Positions 1-9,766 of a DNA stretch of 64,000 bases are shown here, piece after piece. A model generated the notes under the pieces. It had not been told where the DNA came from. It searched no databases and saw only the letters and a list, made by a program, of their open reading frames with translations. Position numbers and translations under genes: made by a program. Position 1 is the first letter of the stretch. Each line of letters opens with the position of its first letter. The DNA is from Phaeosaccion multiseriatum. Its lineage: Eukaryota; Protista; Ochrophyta, other classes. Where the stretch lies: NCBI GenBank assembly GCA_965112735.1, contig OZ218964.1, positions 2,356,001 through 2,420,000 on the forward strand, read 5' to 3'.

Positions 1-1136
1 AGATGAAACGAGCGACGACGGCCTCGCGCCTATTGTACGCTGCAAGGTAGAGGGCTGAAGCGCCAATGTTGGTTCGTTTGTCCACACGTGCTCCCGCAGA
101 AAGAAGCTTCTCCACCACGGCGTCGTGTCCCTGTAGAGAGGCACCGAGAAGAGGAGTGGAACCTTCGAGGTCAGCCTTGTCGATGCTGGCGTGGGCCCTG
201 ATGAGCTGCTGTACGATACCCGCATGCCCATTAATCGATGCCGCCAGAAGCGGAGTAGCCCCGAGATAACTTGCGTGGTTCACATCCGCTTGGGCTGAGA
301 TGAGGTGCCTTACAACAGATCCATGTCCTTTCTGAGAGGCCACCCAAATCGGAGAGAAGCCCTGCTTCTCCGCCAAGTCGACGTTAGCGCGCGCCGAGAG
401 CAGCTGCTGCACTGTCGTGGAGTGCCCCGTTCCTGATGCTGCAATCAAGGGAGTAGCGCCTCTGGCATCCGCTTGGTCGACAGGGGCTCCAGCGTCCAAC
501 AGCCACCTTACCACCTGATCTTGTCCCTCGGCGCTAGCGGCTATCAACGGCGTGCTTCCGTGAGGTCCCTGTCTGGTGCGGAAGGAGGCCCCTTCGCGCA
601 GCAGAAAGTCCATGACATCCAGCCGACCGTGTTGTGCAGCCCTCAACATTGCGGTGTATCCTTCTTCGTCGACAGGCTGATCCAAACTCGCTTTGCCATG
701 TTTGGCGATGAGCTTCCCAACCACCGCTCTCACATTGGGGAAGCTCTTCCCTCTACGCAGGGCCTGCCCCAGCTGCTGGGCCTGGAGTTGTTGAGGGCAG
801 CGAATTCGGGGGGAAGAGACGCACATGCATAGGATAAAAGGGATCAACGGGAAGCTGCTGACTGCTTCGATACGTGCGCATCCCACCTCCGGGAACGTAT
901 CCGTTACCCCCCCTCCCTTTCCTCTCTCCAGATCTATTTCCTCAAAGCGGGGGAGAGGCCCATACACCGGATAAAAAGGGAACAGAGAGCTGCCCATTGC
1001 GTCGACACGTGAGCTTCCATCGCAGCTTCCGTACCCGCACAAGGCCCCTTTCTATGCTATACTCTTTCCTAAGGGCATCGTCTTATAGGAGGGCGCTAAG
1101 TCGTACCTCGCGCGTTAACGTTGCCTGATGCGCCAT
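1..1136 (-). CDS. Ankyrin-repeat protein, copy 1 (3' end beyond window); exon1 1107-1136, intron 782-1106, exon2 <1-781
   Basis: Manual translation MAHQATLTRE|AQQLGQALRRGKSFPNV...GSTPLIAASAEGQ...GATPLIAASGTGH...; GAG|GTACGA donor, CTCCAG| acceptor; colinear with the other 13 copies. Not in ORF track because it runs off the edge. Confidence 0.85.
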
Positions 1137-1232
1137 GGTGAGCAAGCGGCCCCTCCCTTGACACAGTAGTGCTGACAAGGGGGCTACAGAAGGCCTTCTC
1201 CGCGCCTGCTGTGCAGTAGTCGGTCGTTCTGC

Positions 1233-1240
1233 CTTTTATA
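1233..1240 (-). promoter_or_regulatory. Putative TATA box (TATAAAAG) 97 nt upstream of copy 1 ATG
   Basis: Consensus TATA in GC-rich context at constant spacing in copies 1, 5, 11 and 13; no transcript evidence. Confidence 0.4.
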
Positions 1241-1267
1241 CAATGGGGCCTCCCCATTATTACTAAG

Positions 1268-2021
1268 TATTATATTTTTTTTTCTCTTGTCTAAAAGTAA
1301 CGTCTCCACCGCCCCGGCAATCGCCCCGGGGGACAAAAGTTGATACCATTCTGTGGCGAGTGTTTTGATATTGCTGTTCCATCAAAAGGGACGAGATGGT
1401 ACCTCGTGGGGTCATAGTGGATGTCTCCACCCTGGCCCTCCATGCCTACCTGTGGCACCCCATACTTGGTGCGCTTGGTGGCTTCAGCCTTCTTGGCTGC
1501 CGCGAGTGCTTCCTTCGATGCCTTGGCCCTATTGGTGATGTTGGTGGCATCAGTGAGCGTGATGTCGATCATCAGGGACTTGTGGCCATCCCCATATTCG
1601 TGGTCAGGTGGAAGCTCGAACATCCTGGGGGGAGTCACGATGTCCATCTCCATCTGTTTGGCCACGTGGGCGTCACCCCTCACGCCGTTGCCCCCCCCTT
1701 TCCCTCGTCTCGCGGTGACGGTTCGTTCCCTCATGAAGGGGAAGCCGATGTTCTGCACTATCCCTCTGCCCAGTCAGGCCCTCGCTCTTCATCAACGCGA
1801 CAAGTGCCTTCTGCACAGCATTGGAGGTCTCTGAAGGCATTGGGTTTGGTGATCCGATTCACAGATCCCGAACCCAGGGGGGGGGGAGTTCCTTGCGTGG
1901 GCGAGGGCAGAGGCTGTGTTGAGTGCGCACAGACGCGACCGCGCAGCTGCTGCCTAGATGGGCGGTGCCTGCCTTTGGCTTCCACACGAGCACAACCCCC
2001 GCCTAGGACCTGGCGTTCACC
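1268..2021 (-). mobile_element. Decayed 3' fragment of an RLE-type (CRE-like) non-LTR retrotransposon: Zn-knuckle remnant, restriction-like endonuclease, A-rich tail
   Basis: Across frameshifts: LCSCG...HARNS...PNAFR..(H)NAVQKALV...MEMDIV...LMIDITLTD...AAKKAEATKRTKY...YHLVPF, then an A-rich run (AGAGAAAAAAAAATATAAT). Motif order matches the CCHC knuckle plus RLE of CRE/R2-group elements; recognised by eye. Confidence 0.7.
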
Positions 2022-2489
2022 TTCACCACTCTGTGTTTAGCAGGGCAATACCCTTCTCTAATAAGCTACGACTCTTTGCTGTGCCCCGCATGCCCCACCC
2101 AGGAAGGAAGCCCTCGGCCTCTATCCATCGGGATTGCACTTCTCCCCCCTCCAAATGAGCTGACCTTCCCTCTCTCACCCCCCCCCCCTCAAGCTATACA
2201 CTGCATCCATTGGGCCCGTAAGCTACACACGTGACTCCCCTCCCCCCCGGACCCCCTACCTCCTGTACTCCGACTCCTCTCTGCGACAGAGCATCGCAAT
2301 CACTTCACCGCTCTTACACCAAGCCAGTGTGCCGTGGGCTGTCTCTGTCTCGCATCGCATCCTCATGCACAGGCTCACTCGCATGGGCTGCATGACTGGT
2401 GCAAGCGAGCAAGCTGGAGCGGTACTCTTTCGTTGCCAAAGTCCTCGTTGCCCCTTCCAGCCCCCACCTCGCACATCCCTCCTACTCGC

Positions 2490-3996
2490 TCAGCCCATCT
2501 CCTCCGCCATGCTCTCCCACGTCTCGCTCCCCACACTCCAGGGCCTCTCCAGCGGCAGGATTCCGCTCTCCTTGCCGAAGGTCGGATCCGTCCTTCGCAT
2601 GAGGTCCAGCGCGGTTTGGGACCGGAAGAAGGCTGCTGCCGCCTCCATAAGTCGCTGCTCAATGTCCCGGCCGAGCTGACACCGCCGTGCCCCAGCCAAG
2701 GCCTTGTCCACCGAAGCACCGGCCGAGAGGAGCTGCCGCGTTATCCCGTGGTGGTCTCTGAAGATGGCATAAAGGAGAGGGGTGCCACCGTTTGGTACTG
2801 TGATATCGATGGGGGATCCCGCAGAGATGAGACGAGCGACGACGGCCTCGCGCCTATTGTACGCTGCAAGGTAGAGGGCTGAAGCGCCATTGTTGGTTCG
2901 TTTGTCCACACGTGCTCCCGCAGAAAGAAGCTTCTCCACCACGGCGTCGTGTCCCTGTAGAGAGGCACCGTGAAGAGGAGTCGAACCTTCGAGGTCAGCC
3001 TTGTCGATGCTGGCGTGGGCCCAGATGAGCTGCTGTACGATGTCCGCATGCCCATGAATCGATGCCGCCAGAAGCGGAGTAGTCCCGAGATAACTTGCGT
3101 GGTCCACATCCGCTTGGGCTGCGATGAGGAGCCTTAGAACAGAGCTATGTCCTTTCTGAGAGGCATACCAAATCGGAGAACAACCGTGTTCCTCCGCCAA
3201 GTCGACGTTAGCACGCGCCGAGAGCAGCTGCTGCACTGTCGTAGAGTGCCCCATTACTGATGCTACAATCAAGGGAGTAGCGCCTGTGGCATCCACTTGG
3301 TCGACAGGGGCTCCAATGTCCAACAGCCACCTCACCACCTGATCGCGTCCGTTGCCGCTAGCTACTATTAATGGCGTGTCTCCGACGAGCCCGCATCTGG
3401 TGCGGAAGGAGGCCCCTTCCCGCAGCAGAAAGTCCATGACATCCAGCCGACCGTGTTGTGCAGCCCTCAACATTGCGGTGTATGCGGTATATGCTTCTTC
3501 GTCGACAGGCTGATCCAAACTCGCTTTGCCATGTTTGGCGATGAGCTCCCCAACCACCGCTTTCACATTGGGGAAGCTCTCCCCTCTGACCAGGGCCTGC
3601 CCCAGCCGCCGCGCCTGGAGTTGTTGAGGGAAACGATGTCGGGGGGGAGAGGCGCACATGCATAGGATGAAAGGATCAATAAGAAGCTGCTGACTACTTC
3701 GATACGTGCGTATCCCACCACCTCAGGGATCGTATCCGAAAAGCCCCCCCTCGCTTTGCTCTCTCCGAAACACAGTCAGAGTCCATCTATTTCCTCAAAG
3801 CGGGGGAGAGGCCCATACACCGGATGAAAAGGGATCAACGGAGAGCTTCCCACTGCGTCGACACGTGAGCTTCCCACCGCAGCTTCCGTATCCACACAAG
3901 GACCCTCGCCATGCTCTATTCTTTCCTAAGGACACCGTCTTATAGGAGGGCGCTAGGTCGTACCTCGGGCGTTAACGTTGCCTGCTGCTGCGCCAT
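2490..3996 (-). CDS. Ankyrin-repeat protein, copy 2 (8 ANK); exon1 3964-3996, exon2 2490-3614
   Basis: ORF 2490..3659 has eight 33-aa GxTPL..A...G repeats; exon1 MAQQQATLTPE in CACCATGG context; phase-0 GT-AG intron; in-frame 9-nt duplication (AYTAYTA). Confidence 0.9.
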
Positions 3997-4129
3997 GGTG
4001 AGCAAGCGGCCCCTCCCTTGAGACGGTAGTGCTGACAAGGGGGCTACAGGAGGCCTTCTCCCTGCTGCGCCTGCTGTGCAGTAGTTCGTCGCTCTGTCTT
4101 TTGTATCAGGCCTCCTCCCGCTGATATGT

Positions 4130-4201
4130 TTAGTTATGGAGGCCTCTGAAGGCATTGGGTTTGGTGATCCGATTCACAGATCCCGATCCCAGGGGGGGGG
4201 G
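4130..4201 (-). repeat. Retroelement-derived ~70-nt hub (SVNRITKPNAFRGLHN-stop plus poly-G), upstream of every ANK gene; 17 copies
   Basis: gaaggcattgggtttggtga.ccgatt core near 1834, 4148, 9712, 15052, 17737, 20526, 23230, 29099, 31807, 34121, 36894, 39207, 44898, 50936, 53213, 58326, 61021. Confidence 0.85.
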
Positions 4202-4204
4202 ACT

Positions 4205-7180
4205 TCCTGCGGAGAGCAAGCAGAGCCGGGGGGGGTCAGTAGGAGGAGAAGGAAAAGGGCAAGCAGGAGCAGGAGCCGCTGTATGGACTCCTCTCCCTCC
4301 CGCGAGACCAGCGGAGCCCATCACCTTCTCCCCCCTTCTCCTGCAGGGCCTGGGAATCAGCACTCCCTCCCTCGGTACGGCTCGGCTCTTCCAGCACCCC
4401 TGGACCGATTCCGAGGGCCTGGCCCCGTGGTGCACCACGAATGCTGAGGTGAGTGGTGGCGACTGCGTGAGGGGTGCGTGAGCGAGCCAAGCTGTGAGCC
4501 CCCTGCCTTCGGCTAGCTACAGCCTCACCTCCTCTTTAGGAGAGCTCCACTCGCCCACTCCCTTCCCCTCCCCCGCCCACCCCACCTCCCAAACCCTGTA
4601 TCCCACACCCCCACAGCCGCTCAAACTCGTTCATTCTCCGGGCAGACAGGAGCTCCGCGTCGTCAGCGGGAGAAGGAAAGGGGGTGAGCAGCCGCATGCC
4701 GTCGCGAGGAGAGCATGTAGACGAACTCGAACCCGATGCCGATGCCGATGCCGGTGTCAATGTCGATGTCGAAGGCGCATCCCCCGAGAAGCACCGGCGA
4801 GACGTGCCTCCTTCTCCTTGTCCTCGTCCTCCCACGCGGCCTTGTTGCAGCGCATGGGTCTCGCGATACCCAACTTTGGCCGTGTGCAGCAGTATGGAGA
4901 CCTGCAGCGGGAGCTGGACACGCTCAGGGGGGAGGAGGAGAAGGACTACGCAGGAGGAGGGAGGACCCGAGCGACTAGAGGGGAGGGCTCTAGGCGGGGA
5001 CAGACGACTCGGCCTGCCAGCACTCGGCCTCGGATGGAGGGGGGCGCCGGGCAGACCCAGGGGGCGGCAGGGTGAGCAGGTACGGAAGGAAGCAAGTGGC
5101 TGTAGATGAAAGTTGAGGGCTGAAGGCTGAATGACAGCATGACAGCAGCTGTCAAGGCCGAGTGGGGATGGAGGGGGGTCGGTACCAGGATGTTGGGGGG
5201 GCAAAGGCGCAAAGGCGCCAAGGTGGATGATCAACAGTTGCGTCCTTTTCGCCCTTCTTTCTCTCTCTCTGTCGCTCTCGCTCTGGCCCTCTTTCATCTC
5301 TCTCTCTCCCTCCTTTCCTCCCTCCCCTTCCCTCTGTCCGTGGGCCACAGACGCGTACACCGCTCTGCTTCGACAGCAGGCCAGGCAGCGCTCGCAGCGC
5401 CCGCGACATGAAGAGGCGGAACGAACAGCGGCAGCAGCAGCAGCAGAGGCGATAAGGGCGGCAGAGAGGGAGGGCTGCTGATGAGGGGGGCGGCGGCAGT
5501 TCTGCGGCAACAGCGGCAATCCGGTCAAGCCGCTGCGGTGAGGGAGGGGAAGGAGAGAGTTGGTGATACAGAGGGAGGGAGGGAGCGAGTGCTAGAGTGA
5601 CGGAGGGAGTGAGGTAGAGAGAAAGGGGGTGAAAGCGTGAGGGAGTGAGTGGGAGCGGGAGGAATTGAGGGCGTGAGAGCGGTGGGGAAGAGGAAGGAAG
5701 AAGGATAGCAGCGTCGCCAGCACGGCAGTGAGGTCTCGCAGCAGAGAAGACAGCGACGTGTGTATTGAATGAATAATTGATGCCCTCGCACCCCGTACCC
5801 GGTCCCACTCGTGCTCTGCTGCTCTGCTGCTCTGCCGCACCATTCATGTCTGCTCGATCCTGCTCCATGCGGTTTTGCCCCCCTTCATTTCTGCTCCCCA
5901 TCACTCATCCCAAAGGCCAAGCTTCGGAGTCGTCGGGAGAAGCAGCAGCAGCGGCGAGCAGCGGCCATCGCGATGGCAGGCGTGGCTGGATCCAGCACGG
6001 CCAGGGAAGGAGCAAGGCCGGTGACGGCTGCTGCTGCTGTACCACCAACTGTTGTACCTCGAGACGATGTGCTGGAGTGGGGTAAGCAGATCGAGATGGC
6101 ACTGGACAGGAGAGCAGAGCTAGTCGAGGGCGGCAAGACGTTCGCCTTCAATGGAAGATGAGGGGGGAGGAGGGTGAGGGAGGGAGGGAGGGAGGGGGTG
6201 AGGGAGATGGCAGAGGATGGAGTATGCTATGGATCCAACGCACGAGGAGATGGAGCGACGAAACGATGGAGTGACTCCCCGCAGCACGGTGGTGCGCTCT
6301 GCTCTACCCCTCGCGACATATGCTTCCTCCCTGCCTCCTTCCTTCCTTCCTTCCTTCCTTCCTTCCTTCCTTCCTTCCTTCCTTCTTTCCTTCCACTCAT
6401 TGACTTAGCGTTCACTCTGACGACCTCCCCTCCCCTCTCTTCTCTCTCTCTCTCCACCCTCTCCTCCCTCTCCTCCCCCTCCCCGCTGTCCACCCGTTTT
6501 CCCCTTTCTCCCCTGCTGCCAGAGAACAAGTACGCATCATCGAAGAATGTCCTCCCGCCGCCGCCGCCGGAGCGCCTTCCTTGCACAGAGACCGTTCCAG
6601 ATCGGTACAACAGCTTCGACCTCCCCCCTTGGACTCAGCGCGGAGCCGTCTGCGATCGTTCCGGGCCTCGCGATCCCCCCGGGGCGGAGGGGAGGGGCCG
6701 GGAGGAGGATACGTTGGGTGGAGGGCCAGGGGGAGGGGGGAGCATGAGCCATCGGAGCGTTCCCAATCTCGCCATTAGGGGGGGGGGGGAGAAGCTCTGT
6801 CTCTGTTTCTGTCTATGGCTCCAACACTCAGGAGGAGGGGGAGTGGGGCGTCACAAATGGCTTCAGTATCACCAACACCAGGAGGGGGAGAGGGGTTGGG
6901 AGGGGAGGACAAGGCATTGGACTTGGGTCTCAGCAGAGGCCCATTGGACGCCCCGTCACAGGGACGGGCAGGAGAGATAAGGAGGAGGTATCAGTGGTGG
7001 TGGCCGGGTTGGTGCTGGGCCGGCGTCAGCCCCTGTGAGTCGGGTGGGAGGGGTGAAGGCGGGGGTAGCGGGGGAGAGGAGGGAGGGATGCCGCGAGGGA
7101 GGGTAGCAGGAGGAGGGGCAGGAGGAGGAGCAGGAGGAAGAGGATGAGGACGAGGCGGGCAGGGCAGGTAGACGAGGAAT
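4205..7180 (+). pseudogene. Decaying multi-exon gene relic of unknown product in the long spacer
   Basis: Plus-strand donors (GAG|GTGAGT at 4449, CAGG|GTGAGC, GCG|GTGAGG) and polypyrimidine acceptors (CCACAG|, GCCAG|) bracket coding-like blocks (RVQQY.DLQREL..LRGEEE; DAYTALLRQQARQ; DDVLEWGKQIEMALDRRAELVEGG; ENKYASSK..PPPPERLPCTETVPDRY); frames broken differently in each copy. Confidence 0.45.
6337..6394. repeat. (TTCC)n microsatellite
   Basis: Direct reading. Confidence 0.95.
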
Positions 7181-8079
7181 CCATCCTCACTCACTCCATC
7201 GCTCACTCACTCATGCACTAAGTATTCACTTTCTAGCTCTATTCTATAAACGAAGTCCAGAGAGCAAACGCAATACACATGCTTCTCCAAGGTCGAGAGG
7301 CAAGCAGCAAGATTCACAGATGGATACAATTTCGGCACTCCGTATCCACTGCCTCCCCGCTGCCCTCTTCCGTCCGCTGGGAAGCATGTCTCACCCGTAC
7401 GCTTCTATCTGATCCCCACTTGATATTGCCGAGGGCAGGGCTCTCTTAAGACGAGGGGGCACAAATAGAGACCAAAAAGTAGCAGAGCACTGGGGAAGTC
7501 ACTGAGTACCAGCTTGTCTTGTTTACGTAATCTTTCGTAATAGCAAAGTGTTTCATCAGTCACTGAGTACGCATAGACTCGATTGGGGGGAGCTTGCCTT
7601 TTGTCTCCACACGAGCACAACCCCCGCCTAGGACCTGGCGTTCACCTTTACAATTGTGTGTTTCTAAGCTGTGACTACTTGCTGTGCCCTGCATGCCCCA
7701 CCCAGGAAGGAAGCCCTCGGCCTCTATCCATCGGGATTACACTCTCTTCCCTTCAAATGAGCTGACCTTCCCTCCCCTCAAGCTATACACTACATCCATT
7801 GGTGCCGTAAGCGACACACGTGACTCCCCTCCCCCCCCGGGACCCCCTACCTCCTGTACTCCGCTCCTCTCTGCGACAGAGCATCGCAATCACTTCACCG
7901 CTCTTACACCAAGCCAGTGTGCCGTGGGCTGTCTCTCTCTCACATCGCATCCTGATGCACAGGCTCACTCGCATGGGGTACGTGGCTGGTGCCAGCGAGC
8001 AAGCTGGAGCGGTACTCTTTCGTTGCCAAAGTCGTCGTTGCCCCTGCCCGCCCACACCCCACACATCCCTCCTACTCGC

Positions 8080-9567
8080 TCAGCCCATCTCCTCCGCCAT
8101 GCTCTCCCACGTCTCGCTCCCCACACTCCAGGGCCTCTCCAGCGGCAGGATTCCGCTCTCCTTGCCGAAGGTCGGATCCGTCCTTCGCATGAGGTCCAGC
8201 GCGGTTTGGGACCGGAAGAAGGCTGCTGCCGCCTCCGTAAGTCGCTGCTCAATGTCCCGGCCGAGCTGATTCCGCCGTGCCCCAGCCAATGCCTTGTCCA
8301 CCGAAGCACCGGCCGAGAGGAGCTGCCGCGCTGTCCCGTGGTGGTCTCTGATGATGGCAGCAAGGAGAGGGGTGGCACCGTCTGATGCCGTGATATCGAT
8401 CCGGGATCCCGCAGAGATGAGACGAGCGACGACGGCCTCGTGCCCATTGTACGCTGCAAGGTAGAGGGGTGAAGCACCAATGTTGGTCATTTTGCCCACA
8501 CGTGCTCCCGCAGAGAGAAGCTTCTCCACCACGGCGTCGTGCCCTTCCTGACAGGCATTGCCAAGAGGAGTAGCACCTTGGAGGTCATCAGCCTTGTCGA
8601 TGCTGGCGTGGGCCCTGATGAGCTGCTGTACGATGCCCGCATGCCCTTTGAACGATGCCTTCCAAAGCGGAGTAGTCCCGAGAATACCTGCGTTGTTCAC
8701 ATCCGCTTGGGCTGAGATGAGGTGCCTTACAACAGAGCTATGTCCGTTCTGAGACGCAAGCCAAATCGGAGAAGAACCGTCTCCCGCTGCCAAGTCGACA
8801 CTAGCACGCGCCAAGAGCAGCTGCAGCACTGTCGTGGAGTGCCCCATAGTTGATGCTGCAATCAAGGGAGTAAATCCTCTGGCATCCGCTTGGTCGACAG
8901 GGGCTCCAATGTCCAACAACCGCCTCACCACCTGATCGCGTCCGTTGCCGCTAGCGGCTATCAATGGCGTGTCTCCGACGAGCCCGCATCTGGTGCGGAA
9001 GGAGGCCCCTTCCCGCAGCAGAAGGTCCATGACATCCAGCCGATCGTATTGTGCAGCCCTATACATTGCGGTATATCCTTCTTCGTCGATACGCTGATCC
9101 AAACTCGCTTTGCCATGTTTGGCGATGAGCTTGATAACCAGCGCTCTCACATTGGGGAAGCTCTCCCCTCTGTCCAGCGCCTGCCCCAGCCGCCGCGCCT
9201 GGTGTTGTTGAGGAAAACGATGTCGGGGGGGAGAGGCGCACATGCATATGATAAAAAGATCAACGGGAAGCTGCTCATAGCTTCGATACGTGCGCATCCC
9301 ACCTCAGGGATCGTATCCGAAAAGCCCCCCCTCGCTTGGATCTCTCCGAAACACAGATGTTTCCTCAAAAGCTGGGGAGAGGCGCATACACCGGATGAAA
9401 AGGGATCAACGGAGGCGAGGGCTGCCTGTTGCGTCGACACGTGAGCATCCCCCACCGCAGCTATCGTATCCGCAGAGGGACCTATTCTTTCCGATGGACA
9501 TCGTCATATCGTCATACAGGAGGGCGCTAGGTCGTACCTCGGGCGTTAACGTTGCCTGCTGCGCCAT
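8080..9567 (-). CDS. Ankyrin-repeat protein, copy 3; exon1 9538-9567, exon2 8080-9198
   Basis: ORF 8080..9297 ankyrin motifs; same splice sites; one-codon insertion (DDLQG). Confidence 0.9.
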
Positions 9568-9766
9568 GGTGAGCAAGCGGCCCCTCCCTGAGACGGCAGT
9601 GCTGACAAGGGGGCTACAGAAGGCCCTCTCCCTGCTGCACCTGCCGTGCAGTAGTCGGTCGCTCTGCCTTTCTTATCAGGCCTCCCCGTGATTTAGTTAT
9701 GGAGGCCTCTGAAGGCATTGGGTTTGGTGATCCGATTCACAGATCCCGATCCCAGGGGGGGGGGAC

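Noticed and set aside
1291-1758. Functional stand-alone nuclease gene partnered with the ANK genes
   Set aside because: No proper ATG start, different frameshifts in all four copies, and loss of the E-x-x-G motif in three; best read as a decayed retroelement.
2191-2230. Short direct repeat aagctatacac / aagctacacac downstream of each gene
   Set aside because: Too short and unstructured to assign a function.
2329-2882. Recurrent plus-strand ORFs overlapping ANK genes (MGCL.., MVDRGS.., MLVRLS..)
   Set aside because: Antisense shadows of a GC-rich coding sequence; lengths vary between copies.
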